From positions 160,001-224,000 of the forward strand of contig JBOEGF010000018.1 of NCBI GenBank assembly GCA_050633305.1: 64,000 nt of DNA, written 5' to 3'. The number at the start of each line of letters is the position of its first letter. Position 1 is the stretch's first letter. Below, in pieces: positions 42,401 through 51,412 of the stretch. The notes beneath the pieces are model-generated. The model was not told the DNA's origin. It searched no databases and saw only the letters and a list, made by a program, of their open reading frames with translations. The stretch is from Nannocystales bacterium. Its GTDB lineage: Bacteria; Myxococcota_A; Polyangia; Nannocystales; Nannocystaceae. A program made the translations under genes and the position numbers.

Positions 42401-45400
42401 CCGGCGACGCACAGTCGAGCACGCGGCGTCGGTCGGCGACGGTGGACGAGGAGAGGTACAGGTCGAGCATGAGTTCTGCGGCAGCAGAGCCGGGCGCATT
42501 CGCCAAGCTCGTCGTCGCCGGACAGCCCTGGCCCTCGAAAGCGGCGGCCTCGAGGCGGGCTTTGAGGCGAAGTCGGTCTACCAGCGTGTGGCCGTCCGCC
42601 CGTACCGTCGCTGCAGCGAAGGCGGGGACCACCGCATCGAGCGGCGCGAAGCTTTTTCGGAGCAGCGCGAATGCAGTCAGCATCGAGTCCGCGCGGGCGT
42701 ATGGCGCCGAGGCGATGAGGGTGAAGACCCGGCCTCCCACCGGAATACTGGCGACCGCCCAGACATTGGTCGAGCTGCTGAGCGTGGCCTCGACCGCTTC
42801 GCCCCCTGGCAACTCGGTGCTGCGCACGAAGTGCTGCGTGTAGCCGTGAGCGGCGAGCGCATCGAGGGTTGGGCGCAAGCACTCTTCGCCCAAACATCGA
42901 GATGCGCGAGCTTCTTGCGTGACCGACAGCCATTCGCCCCCGGGCCCTTCGGCGCTGAGGGGTTCGTCTGGGCGGGGGTCCCACGCCAGAGGGAAGAATC
43001 CATCGGCGCCGATCTCGGTGTGACTACGGTAGCGCGGGATCAGGGCGTCCATGTCCTGGGGCGAGATGGACGCGAGCCGGCCGTCAAACGCTTCCGTGGA
43101 CCGGATCCACGCGGGGAGACCCGGCCGGGCGCCCAGCACCGACTCGGGCAGGGGCGCGTGCCGGAAGAGTGCCGACTGCGGGTATGCGCCGCGACCTCGG
43201 GCGATCGACGCCTTCGCGCCCTCGATGTCGTCGGATCCGGCGTGGGCCATCGCCGCGACGACGGAAACCAGCGGATTCGTCGGGGCGTCGTCCTCAAGCT
43301 GGGTGAGCAAGGTCAAGGCGTGCTCATGCCGTCCGTGTCGGGTCTCGGCCTCCGCGAGCACGAGTTGCAGCACGGCGGATTCCGGGTGTGCGGCGTGCAT
43401 CGGCTCCACCTCGGATGCGGTGTCGTAGGACTCGAATGCGAGTGAGACCGCCGAACCCAGGACCTCGGCCGGGGCCCGCTCGGATGCGAGGTCCTCGGCC
43501 AACAGTGGCGCGAGGGCGTGGGCCCGCGCTGCACCCAAGGGACCGACGGGCATCTGGGGGTCTTCGGGCATCGCCGCGCTCACCTCGGCGTAGTGCTGCG
43601 CGGAGCGAGGGCGTTGTCCGCGGAGGCCCTGGTAGGCAAGCCGGGCGTAGCGGGTGGCGACGTCGACGTTGGACTCCGACAACGTGCCCGCGTGTGCCTG
43701 CTCGGCCCGAACAGCGTACTCGGGTTCGGGAACCTCGTTGGAGCTGTTGTCGCTGTAGCGGGCGAACGCATGTCCTTCGATGCGCGAGTGTGCGGCTCGC
43801 TCGGGCTGGTTTCCCATCGAGAGCCATGCGCCGAGGTTTTGGTGGAGGACCGCGATGTCCGCTCGGTCGCGCAGCGGAGCGGTGCTCGCTTGGTAGGGCG
43901 GCGGGGGTCGACCTTCAAACAGCGTCGCGAGGGCGGTCGGAGAGGGGACGTCTTGCTGTAAGAGCAGGTAGCTGTAGTTGACCGCCGACTGCCAGCTGCT
44001 GGCACGTTCGGCCTCCCATGCGCGCCGGCAGGTTGGGAGGGCGCGGGGGTCCTCGGGTGCGTCGCTGAGCAGCATGCATGCGTAGCCGAGCATTGTTGCG
44101 CCCTTCGCGTTGTCGAGCAGTGCCTCGTGCTCGGCGGCCGCACCCAAGTCGGAGCGCCAGCGCCACTCGTGCCACAGCACGTCGTCAGAGATCGCGTCAT
44201 CGAGGGCGGCCTGGTGGAGACGGACCAGCGCGTGCGTAGACTCCAGTGCGTACAGACTGTCTTCGGGAACCTCGGTGCGCGCGACCGAGAGCGCGGCTTG
44301 GTGCTCGCCGGTCAGCAGCATCAGGTCGAGGATTGTCTCGTTCGGGGCGTAAGGCGCTCGCTGGTGAAGCGCCACGAGTTTGGCAGCCAGTGGGCGTGCA
44401 TCGGCAAGGCTCGTCGAGGCGTTGAGCAACTCGGTCCCCTTGTCGATCGCGGTGTAGAGCACGTCGGGAACGAGCGAGTCCGAGGCCTCCCACGCCTGCT
44501 GTGGATCGTTGGACAGCGCCTGCATTCGCGCGAGTGTCTTGAGGTCGGTGATCGATCCTTGCTCGACGGCTCGTATGACGGCGAATGAGAGCGCACCGTG
44601 GCGCGTCATCGCGAGCAGACCAGCGTCGGTCTGCAGCGAAACGCCCAGTTCGAGCAGATGTCGTGACGCCGTAGGGCGCTGTGGCCAAAGGTCCACGAGG
44701 GCGTCTCGGGCGCCCGGAACGTCCCCAGATTCGGCGAGCATCAGGGCCTCTGTCTCTCGTCGGGCCGGGTCGTTCGCTGGGACTTTCGCCAGATGGTTCC
44801 GCGCGTCTTCAAGCTCTCCCGCTTCGAACGCAGCGCGTCCGGCGAGCCCGTACAAGAGGGTGGATGCCGGGGCGGGGAGACCCTCGGCGAGCTGGCCGTA
44901 GATCTCCTCAGCCTTGGAGAACGCACCCGCCCGAACGTGGATGCTTGCGGTCTGCATGCGGGAGGGCCAGGGCGCGGCGGCGTCGAGGGCTGCGTCCATG
45001 CCGAAGCCCACGCTCGGGACGTCACCCCACCAGCGGGCATCGAGCCACGAGCCGCCCCCATGGGTGGCCTCGTCGCGCCCCGCAAGTTTGTCGGCGAGTG
45101 TGAGCTGCAAAGCGGCGAGGCTGGGCGTGGGCAGGGTGTTACCGAAGCGCTGCAGCCAGTCGTCGGCTTGCCCGAGCGAGCCTCGCTTCATTAGGCCGGA
45201 GACGTACGCATTGGTGAAGGTGGAGGACAACGCGAGTGTGGTGTCTCGAGCGCCTTGGAGGGCAGCCCAGCCCGCCTCATCGAGGTCTGCCGAGCCGACC
45301 CAGCCCAGGAGCGTGTCTGCGGCGGCGTGGTCCAGCCCTGCGTCGCCGAGCGCCCAGGTCGCATGGGAGTAGGGTTGGGTGAGCAGCGGGCCGCACAGCT

Positions 45401-46715
45401 GCGGACCGTGCTGTTGCTCAAGGCATCGGTCGAGGAGCGGAAGCGCTGGACCGATGCGATCCTTCACCCAACGTCGATCGCTTCGGCTCAGAGCACCTGA
45501 GGCCCAAAGCCGGACGTCGTCTTCTTGGGTGAGTTGCGGGTCGCGGACTGCGACACGGCGCAGCAGCGCCGCCTGAAGAGCCGTACCCAGTGGTGTCTCG
45601 GGGTCGGGGAAGTGTGCCCAGTCCATGACCTGGGCCCGCCAGCGGGCCAATGCGCGGTCGGCTGCGAGGAAGGATGCGCCCTTGTGCTTGGATCTCCACA
45701 GATCATAGGCCTCGGCCTTGCCCGCGTGCACCAGGGCGAGCCCCTCGATCAGTTCGGCGAGGTCCCGCTGGCTCTCGGAGGACCAGCTGGCCTCCGCCGC
45801 TTCGAGGACCATCAACGCGTCCCCGGACAAGCCCCGAACGAGCAGCCGATGGGCGTAGTGGAGCTGCGCCGCGGGAGCGTCGGCGTAGGTCTCAGAGCGT
45901 CGCCGAGCGCGTGAGAGAACCGAGAGTGGACTCCACAGTGCAACCTGATCCGCGAACAAGTCGGCGTCCGGGATCAGGGTTCCCGCTCGCATGGCCTCGC
46001 GAAGCTCGAGCAGGATTCGTGCGCGAAGGTCGGACGGGTCGTGTTTGCTGATCGTGGCCGCGAGCTCGACCGCACGTTGGCTCAGCGCTCCAGCACGGAC
46101 GTCCTTGGTGAGTACCGACCAGCGCACGTCATTGCCGGACGCTCCAAGCTCGCGCATCACCGCACCGGGGGGGGGGCTGTCCAACGCTGACACGCCGCCG
46201 AGCACCCCGTCCGCACTTTGCAGCAGGTGCCAAACTGCCAACCAGGCCTCAGGATCGTTCTCGGTACGCTTGAGAAGTTCTCGAGGGTCGCCCTCCCAGT
46301 ACGCGCTGTGCTCACACCCCCAGATCAGGTCCTCTGCGTTCGGTCTGCGTTTCGCGAGCGCGGCGCTCAAGACGAGGTTGCCGTCTCCGAATCGTCGTCC
46401 CAACCGCAGCCCCATGTTGGCGGCGCGGCGGAGCTCGCGTTGTGCGGCCGCCTGTTGCGCGTTGGGAGCTTCTGCAGCGCGCGCGACACGGGCGGTGGCT
46501 TGTGCTCTCTCCAAGCGCTTCGTCGCATGAAAGATCGCGTCAGTTCCAAGTCCGAGGTCGCTGGCAAACGCGGCTCGTTGCGCATGGTCTTCGGGGCCGA
46601 GCTTTGCGTTTTGTTCCAGTCGTCCGCGAGTGAGCGCCGCGGGATGGTCGAGGCGAGCCGCACACGCCGCAAGGAGGCACAGGAGACCCAGCCAAAACGC
46701 GCGAGGTGCCATCAC
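39462..46715 (-). CDS. Giant lipoprotein (2417 aa) with TPR-like helical repeats and C-terminal transglutaminase-like domain
   Basis: Lipobox LAAC; GRGDCSEYA (Cys)...AHAWV (His)...EIDPTWG (Asp) catalytic triad at the C-terminus. Confidence 0.85.
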   Translation of the reverse strand: MMAPRAFWLGLLCLLAACAARLDHPAALTRGRLEQNAKLGPEDHAQRAAFASDLGLGTDAIFHATKRLERAQATARVARAAEAPNAQQAAAQRELRRAANMGLRLGRRFGDGNLVLSAALAKRRPNAEDLIWGCEHSAYWEGDPRELLKRTENDPEAWLAVWHLLQSADGVLGGVSALDSPPPGAVMRELGASGNDVRWSVLTKDVRAGALSQRAVELAATISKHDPSDLRARILLELREAMRAGTLIPDADLFADQVALWSPLSVLSRARRRSETYADAPAAQLHYAHRLLVRGLSGDALMVLEAAEASWSSESQRDLAELIEGLALVHAGKAEAYDLWRSKHKGASFLAADRALARWRAQVMDWAHFPDPETPLGTALQAALLRRVAVRDPQLTQEDDVRLWASGALSRSDRRWVKDRIGPALPLLDRCLEQQHGPQLCGPLLTQPYSHATWALGDAGLDHAAADTLLGWVGSADLDEAGWAALQGARDTTLALSSTFTNAYVSGLMKRGSLGQADDWLQRFGNTLPTPSLAALQLTLADKLAGRDEATHGGGSWLDARWWGDVPSVGFGMDAALDAAAPWPSRMQTASIHVRAGAFSKAEEIYGQLAEGLPAPASTLLYGLAGRAAFEAGELEDARNHLAKVPANDPARRETEALMLAESGDVPGARDALVDLWPQRPTASRHLLELGVSLQTDAGLLAMTRHGALSFAVIRAVEQGSITDLKTLARMQALSNDPQQAWEASDSLVPDVLYTAIDKGTELLNASTSLADARPLAAKLVALHQRAPYAPNETILDLMLLTGEHQAALSVARTEVPEDSLYALESTHALVRLHQAALDDAISDDVLWHEWRWRSDLGAAAEHEALLDNAKGATMLGYACMLLSDAPEDPRALPTCRRAWEAERASSWQSAVNYSYLLLQQDVPSPTALATLFEGRPPPPYQASTAPLRDRADIAVLHQNLGAWLSMGNQPERAAHSRIEGHAFARYSDNSSNEVPEPEYAVRAEQAHAGTLSESNVDVATRYARLAYQGLRGQRPRSAQHYAEVSAAMPEDPQMPVGPLGAARAHALAPLLAEDLASERAPAEVLGSAVSLAFESYDTASEVEPMHAAHPESAVLQLVLAEAETRHGRHEHALTLLTQLEDDAPTNPLVSVVAAMAHAGSDDIEGAKASIARGRGAYPQSALFRHAPLPESVLGARPGLPAWIRSTEAFDGRLASISPQDMDALIPRYRSHTEIGADGFFPLAWDPRPDEPLSAEGPGGEWLSVTQEARASRCLGEECLRPTLDALAAHGYTQHFVRSTELPGGEAVEATLSSSTNVWAVASIPVGGRVFTLIASAPYARADSMLTAFALLRKSFAPLDAVVPAFAAATVRADGHTLVDRLRLKARLEAAAFEGQGCPATTSLANAPGSAAAELMLDLYLSSSTVADRRRVLDCASPGDRTARRVSLATLLDDDAGLHAWGRKAVLHHPSRALRDAKHLLPMGIPLSAPDYFDRTETGPRGRIELGLALPEINARRWTAELLAGGEEDAVQDAWVIASQRPGLVDTAQAYETAVQGPPSLAFLAFDVLEVAEPSVYARAVRSRFDALDPKTLPKERRWETRSLGYGLVELADAQDGPRLRNVAKRFDDKEEGHQNIAKMLRQFSDWHGKVVAGAAHDAKSFNPAQRAMARAAKKPRSAEVLAKSPLPELLPTRHWTFSRVASPGLFASTVLDLAQRLDPGDPTVRLMLDRAVESVRKTNGFDALLEGGGLDLSEPIECANMAGDSGFVCAATVLDQDALLTELGQRGYDSDAGLAIVLRLSNGAGLLPVALSILPGVLHELVYQEVEKEDKPQEDPEERRTERFRHRKRIAGHELHYYAIIDAQTSSIGTDAERYLFVGDRVLVFSNDFMARRVLFEPAEDTPSLGQDPEFISLTRGWKDGSALQAAFMGMSSPIDDASVASEVVADGKGVAFQYSATTDAHVLDMTNAHGHLPPGAVSTLVVGYPEQKDDDDLRELTEVELAAGDVVPPTELLLRSTGAALGWYPAVGDGLWKQWVLVFPSSKPLRAAAAKSGVRGPTGTPKRSRAGWWYGSADGLVLIASTEALLRTALSRPPARTGGPHLLGRGSFDGARASKVIAKIPVTATGLDRVVLRFFAGAVGLVEDVGFEATWEPSTRVGRMQGRMSLRLRDRDASEVVDQWLASARFRNAAALPRTLPRSETDGTLRFKLAVGDAQTFVDQSVYPSARGSARAVDETHVELVVRAKARDTDAAAVLSESREKELLKTSNDLRIHAPEIETVRDSLTKPDMDATAKATAITQWVHERVAYEVTPRSIDATQILKVGRGDCSEYALLTVSLLRAAGVPAEVRSGMAAEGDDMVAHAWVAYHDGKRWFEIDPTWGRMAVTAGHLPLEVSDVLALVSLGQMEIEAIEVVK

Positions 46716-46779
46716 GATATCCGCCTATCACGGCTTACCCCCAAACGACAGTGCGGTGCGTGTCGGGGTACAATTGGGG

Positions 46780-47433
46780 ATGCGTTGGACTTGGATTGGG
46801 TGTGTCGTGTGGTCGGTGGCTTGCGGTCCGGCGGTTGAGACCGAGGAGGGGGGGACGACGCAATCAAGCGACTCGACCGGTGTGGACAGCCCGGCGGCGC
46901 CGACGATGACGGAGCCGAGCACGTCTCCGGTCGATGGGATGGGCTCAAGCGGCGAGACCGGGGCCGATGCGACGACGGGCACCTCTTCGCTCGACGGCGA
47001 GTTTTTTCTCGCCATCACGGCAACGCCGGTTGCCCCGACGACGCCGTTTCAGTTTCTCGCTGAGGTCAAGGTCGATGCCGGCGCGGTGGCCATGTTGTTG
47101 ACGCCGCTGAGCCTCGAGATCGCTTCGGTGGACGCTCCGCGTGAACCCGTGCCCCCGCCGTTCGAGGTCTCCGGCTCGATCTCTACCGACGGGTCATTCG
47201 GTATCGAGATCCCGGAGCTCTCGCTTCCGGGCCCGACGAACCCGATCACCGGGTCCGACATCATCGCCTCGGTGACGCTCGAAGGGGTGATCAGCAACGA
47301 CCAGATCTGCGGGCGGGTGTCTGGGATGATCACTTCGCCGGCGAGTATTGACCTCACCGGGAGCACCCTGGCCGGGGTGAGGATGGACGGTGGCCCGCTG
47401 CCTCTCCCTGAGGACCTCGGTTGCGCGCCGTAG
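46780..47433 (+). CDS. Myxobacterial lipoprotein
   Basis: Lipobox SVAC, S/T stalk, GEFFLA...PFQFLA...GPTNPITGSDI...CGRVSG...DLTGST. Confidence 0.75.
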   Translation: MRWTWIGCVVWSVACGPAVETEEGGTTQSSDSTGVDSPAAPTMTEPSTSPVDGMGSSGETGADATTGTSSLDGEFFLAITATPVAPTTPFQFLAEVKVDAGAVAMLLTPLSLEIASVDAPREPVPPPFEVSGSISTDGSFGIEIPELSLPGPTNPITGSDIIASVTLEGVISNDQICGRVSGMITSPASIDLTGSTLAGVRMDGGPLPLPEDLGCAP

Positions 47434-47434
47434 C

Positions 47435-47740
47435 TCAGCTGTCGCAGCCGAGCGGGGCTGCGATTTTGCTCATCTGTGTCGCCAGTCGGATGTCGAGCGC
47501 GGTGACTCCCCCTGCATCGTGGGTCCACAGCTGAACCTCGACTTTCCCGTACACGTTGTACCAGTTGGGGTGGTGGTCCAACGTTTCGCACACCATCGCG
47601 ACCCGGACCATGAACCCAATCGCGGTGCTGAAGTCGGGGAACTCGAAGCTTCGGCTCAGCTGATTCGCGGAGAGCGCCCAGCCGGGAAGCTCAGAGAGAA
47701 ACTCGGCGATCGTCTCGTCACTCAGTCGCGGGTTGCCCAC
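47435..47740 (-). CDS. phhB: Pterin-4-alpha-carbinolamine dehydratase
   Basis: FEFPDF..AIGFM..VA...ETLDHHPNW.NVYGKV...LWTHDAGGVT..DI.LA. Confidence 0.95.
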   Translation of the reverse strand: MGNPRLSDETIAEFLSELPGWALSANQLSRSFEFPDFSTAIGFMVRVAMVCETLDHHPNWYNVYGKVEVQLWTHDAGGVTALDIRLATQMSKIAAPLGCDS

Positions 47741-47801
47741 GGGTCGAACTATACAGCCCGAGACCTTGGCGGGGGCGTGTCGCCTGCGGCATCGTGAGCC
47801 G

Positions 47802-49061
47802 ATGCTCGGTCTGCCGCTGTCGCTGCTCCTCTCGCTCGCCGCCGGGGCAGCACCGGATCCTCAGCTTCTGGACGCGACCAGACTGGCCCGGACGGAGTAC
47901 GAGTGGTTTCACGCGCACCCGGAACTCTCGAAGGAAGAGGTTCACACGGCCAAGCACCTTGCCGAGGTGTTGCGCGGATTGGGACTCGAAGTTCACGAAG
48001 GGATCGGCGGTACGGGTCTCGTCGGCGTCCTAAAGGGGAATGGCCCCGGCCCGACGGTCTTGTACCGAGCAGACATGGATGGGCTTCCGGTGACCGAGGC
48101 GACGGGGCTGCCGTACGCCAGTCGGAACAAGGGGGTGATGCACGCGTGCGGGCATGACGTGCACATGGCGACCGCCGTGGGCGCGCTCTCCGTGCTCGCT
48201 TCGACTCGCGACACCTGGTCAGGCACGGTGTTGTTCGTCGGTCAGCCGGCGGAAGAGCTGGGAGCAGGGGCCCGCGCCATCGTGGCCGACCGGGCCTTCA
48301 AGAAGCTGTTGAAGAAACACGGCAAACCTCGATTGGCCATCGCGCTTCACGATGCTGCCGACGTTCCCGCAGGCCAGGTCAGCATCATCGAGGGCCTCCA
48401 TCATGCCAACGTCGACGGGGTCGACATCATCGTGCACGGCAAGGGAGGGCACGGGGCGCGGCCGCACGAGGCGATCGATCCGGTCGTGATCGGTGCGGAG
48501 ATTGTCATGTCGCTGCAGACGATCGTCTCCCGGCGCATCCGGCCCGACCAAAAGGCTGTGGTCACAGTCGGGAAGTTCGATGCAGGGACCAAGCGCAACA
48601 TCATCCCGTCCTCGGCGACGTTGATGCTGACGGTCCGATCGTACGGGCCTCAGATGCGCAAGCGCCTGCTCACCGAGATCAAGCGCGTGGCCACGCAAGT
48701 CGCCAAGGCGCATGACGCCCCCAAACCGCCAACCATCCGGACCACGGCGGGGTTGCCCTCCTGCGAAAACGACCCGGAATGGACTCGAAGCATTCGAGCC
48801 GCGTTCGAGGCGGAGCTCGGCGCCGACAATGTCGGACGGCATCAGCCCTCCCTGGGTGGAGAGGACTTCGGCATCTTTGGTACGGAACTCGGTATCCCCG
48901 CGATCATGTGGAAGCTGGGTGCCGTGAACGCATCGGATTGGAAACGGGGGCGGAACCGTCCTGGCCTGCACTCCGACAAGTGGGCACCGGAGCCGGACCC
49001 GACGCTTCGGACCGGGATTCGTACGGTGGTGGCGGCGGTGCGCGCTGGATTGGCGAGCTGA
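47802..49061 (+). CDS. M20D-family amidohydrolase/peptidase with signal peptide
   Basis: HAHPELS.EE, YRADMDGLP, MHACGHDVH, QPAEE, GKGGHGARPH, GGEDF, LHS. Confidence 0.92.
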   Translation: MLGLPLSLLLSLAAGAAPDPQLLDATRLARTEYEWFHAHPELSKEEVHTAKHLAEVLRGLGLEVHEGIGGTGLVGVLKGNGPGPTVLYRADMDGLPVTEATGLPYASRNKGVMHACGHDVHMATAVGALSVLASTRDTWSGTVLFVGQPAEELGAGARAIVADRAFKKLLKKHGKPRLAIALHDAADVPAGQVSIIEGLHHANVDGVDIIVHGKGGHGARPHEAIDPVVIGAEIVMSLQTIVSRRIRPDQKAVVTVGKFDAGTKRNIIPSSATLMLTVRSYGPQMRKRLLTEIKRVATQVAKAHDAPKPPTIRTTAGLPSCENDPEWTRSIRAAFEAELGADNVGRHQPSLGGEDFGIFGTELGIPAIMWKLGAVNASDWKRGRNRPGLHSDKWAPEPDPTLRTGIRTVVAAVRAGLAS

Positions 49062-49083
49062 GGCGGGTGTTCACAGCGCCCCC

Positions 49084-49659
49084 TCACTGTGCCGACACGT
49101 GCAGCATGGCTGAGAGCTCCGTGCCGGTCGCGAGTGGGGGCCAGTCCGCCGCGGAGAGGACCGTGGTCATGCAATTCCAGAGGTCTGCGGCGACCGGCGG
49201 CCGGCGTTGCTCGTCGAGGATCGCGACCGCCACGTGCTCACGCTTGGTCCAGTGAAGGCGGACGGTGAGGTGGTAGCGGGACGCGCGGTCGAACTCCCGC
49301 GAACGTTCGTGGCACGCTCGCAGCCCAACACGAAGGGGCCGGATCGCGGCACGAACCGAGCGCGTGGTCTCGAAATCCGGTGCGGACACTGCACCGATTC
49401 GGACGCGTGCTCGCGGAGGCCAGTGGGAGCTCGTCGCGGGCTTGTCGAACTGAGTCTCGAGGCTGGTGCGTTTGGTGCCGAAAGAAGGGTCGAACAAGTT
49501 CGCGCCTTCGACGGTGTACTTCGACTCCGAGTCGTTCCAGCATCTGAGGTCGAACCCCGTCAGGGGCTCGGCAGAGGCGGAGGATGGAATATGCCGAGCA
49601 CAACCGCCGAACAGGACGATGGCCGCGAGCAGAAGCGGGACGATGCCGTAGACCCTCAT
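49084..49659 (-). CDS. Hypothetical lipoprotein
   Basis: Lipobox FGGC. The C-terminal LRACHER...C..VL...WP segment resembles the AgmX/PglI-type TonB-C-like fold (weak). Confidence 0.55.
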   Translation of the reverse strand: MRVYGIVPLLLAAIVLFGGCARHIPSSASAEPLTGFDLRCWNDSESKYTVEGANLFDPSFGTKRTSLETQFDKPATSSHWPPRARVRIGAVSAPDFETTRSVRAAIRPLRVGLRACHERSREFDRASRYHLTVRLHWTKREHVAVAILDEQRRPPVAADLWNCMTTVLSAADWPPLATGTELSAMLHVSAQ

Positions 49660-49759
49660 CGCCTGGGAAACGCGGGGCGTCCCGTGGCCTTACGGTTTGG
49701 AACCGCCGGCGCCGACGCAGGGACCGGGAGCCCCAATCCGCCCGACAGACGGAACCACG

Positions 49760-49793
49760 AAAAAGCGGCCGTGCCCGCAAGACAACGACCGCT
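49760..49793 (-). terminator. Intrinsic terminator after pspA
   Basis: Minus strand AGCGGTCGT...ACGGCCGCT stem followed by a T run. Confidence 0.6.
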
Positions 49794-49814
49794 CCTTCCG
49801 ACGGACTGCGATGA

Positions 49815-50657
49815 TCAGGTCGCGGAGAGCTTCTTCTTGAGCTCTTCGAGCTGCGCGTCGATCTCGGCCCCTTTGGCAGCGTCTTCGACCTCTTCGTCGG
49901 CAACAGCATCGCCGCCACCCGCGGCCGCCGGCTCTGGTTCGACTTCGCCTGCCAGAGCTCGTCGTTCGCGCTCCTGCTCGGCGGCCTGCAGCGCCATCTT
50001 GGACTTCAGCGCGGAGAGGTCGTCATCAACCCCACTGCTGGCTTCGAGCGCCTTGAACTGCGACTCGAGGGAGGCCTCGGGAAGGGCACCGCCGATTTCG
50101 GCAACCGCTTCCGCTTCAGCTTCGATCTGCGTGACGCGATCCGACATGCGCTCGAAGGTGTCGAACGCCGAGGTGGAGTTGATGTTGGACAGCGTCTCGT
50201 TGATGGTGCGCTGCGCCTCGGCCCGTTTTTGGCGGGAGACGAGGATGTTGCGCTTGCGCTTGGCTTCCTCGATCTTGTTGTCGAGGCCTCGGAGCGCGCC
50301 CTTGAGCTGCTCGACGGACTGCTTTTGCGCTTCCCACTGCTGCTTGAGCGTCTCGGCGACTTCGCCGTGCTCGTGCTTACGTGCGAGCGCAGCCCGGGCG
50401 AGCGCGTCGTCGCCCGCTTTGACCGCGAGCATGGCCTTGCGCTCCCACTCGGCGGCCTTGTTGGCCTCTTGCTCGTACTGCTTCTTGATCCGCTTTTCGT
50501 CGGCGATTGCGACGGCGACCTGTTTCTTGGCCTCGACAAGCTGCGCCTTCATGTCCACGAGGACCTGATTGAGCATCTTCTCCGGGTCTTCGGACTTGTT
50601 GATCAGCTCGTTGATGTTGGAGCGGATCAGGGTCCCGAGTCGTGAAAACAGTCCCAT
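49815..50657 (-). CDS. pspA: PspA/IM30 (ESCRT-III-like) protein
   Basis: MGLFSRLGTLIRSNINELINKSEDPEKML, WERKAMLAV..GDDALARAAL, AFDTFERMSDRV, LESQFKALE. Confidence 0.93.
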   Translation of the reverse strand: MGLFSRLGTLIRSNINELINKSEDPEKMLNQVLVDMKAQLVEAKKQVAVAIADEKRIKKQYEQEANKAAEWERKAMLAVKAGDDALARAALARKHEHGEVAETLKQQWEAQKQSVEQLKGALRGLDNKIEEAKRKRNILVSRQKRAEAQRTINETLSNINSTSAFDTFERMSDRVTQIEAEAEAVAEIGGALPEASLESQFKALEASSGVDDDLSALKSKMALQAAEQERERRALAGEVEPEPAAAGGGDAVADEEVEDAAKGAEIDAQLEELKKKLSAT

Positions 50658-50660
50658 GTC

Positions 50661-51101
50661 TTAAGCGTTCCTCTCGGTGCCGGTCTGGTCGGCCGCACCC
50701 GTGCTCTGGTTGGAGGCGACCATCGGAGCAATCTTGGCATAGTGATTGTCGAGCGCCATGCACATGTCGTCCACCATTGCCTGGAACTCGTTGAAGTCGA
50801 GGTTCTCGAGCTGTTGGGCGCCCGAGAGCACCAACTGAGAGCCCTGAAGGGAGTAGCTCGCGTGAAGTAGCTCGGAGTTGAGCTCGAGCAGCATGCGGAA
50901 CACCGCGGCGTGATCGCCCACGGCGCTGACGCCAAGCTCGAACAGCTGGATGGAAAAGAGGACGATGGGGTCTTCGATCTTGACACCGAGGCTCGCGTTT
51001 CGCGCGCTCTCGGGGTGTAGGACCCAGGTCCCGTCGGCGATCTGCTCGTACGGCAGACCGCTCTTGATGAGGAAGGAGTCGAGTTTGTCAGCGCTGCTCA
51101 T
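50661..51101 (-). CDS. CesT/YbjN-like chaperone-fold protein
   Basis: 146 aa acidic protein, IEDPIVLF...FRMLLELNSELLHASY...LENLDFNEFQAMVD; stop lies 3 bp upstream of the pspA start. Confidence 0.75.
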   Translation of the reverse strand: MSSADKLDSFLIKSGLPYEQIADGTWVLHPESARNASLGVKIEDPIVLFSIQLFELGVSAVGDHAAVFRMLLELNSELLHASYSLQGSQLVLSGAQQLENLDFNEFQAMVDDMCMALDNHYAKIAPMVASNQSTGAADQTGTERNA

Positions 51102-51412
51102 GCCTGTGGACCATGCTGGTACGCGCCCCGGACGGGGCCGTGCGAGAGAGGGCGGGGCCACCGGGGGCCTCGCGAGTCCGCGCACCGGAAACGCGGGGGT
51201 GCAGGGTATTCCAGGCCACGATAGCGCGGCAAGCGACGAACCTGACCGGTGACACGGTGGGGCTAGGTCTGCGACAACCGGAGCTGGACGCGGTTTCTTC
51301 CCACCAACCCGGCTGTGACGACCGTTCACGCACGGGTCCTGGCCGCCGGGTCCCTACGGCCCCTCCCGGGACTTCCCCGGGCTGGGTCTGCGTGGTATCT
51401 CGCCAGGGTCGC

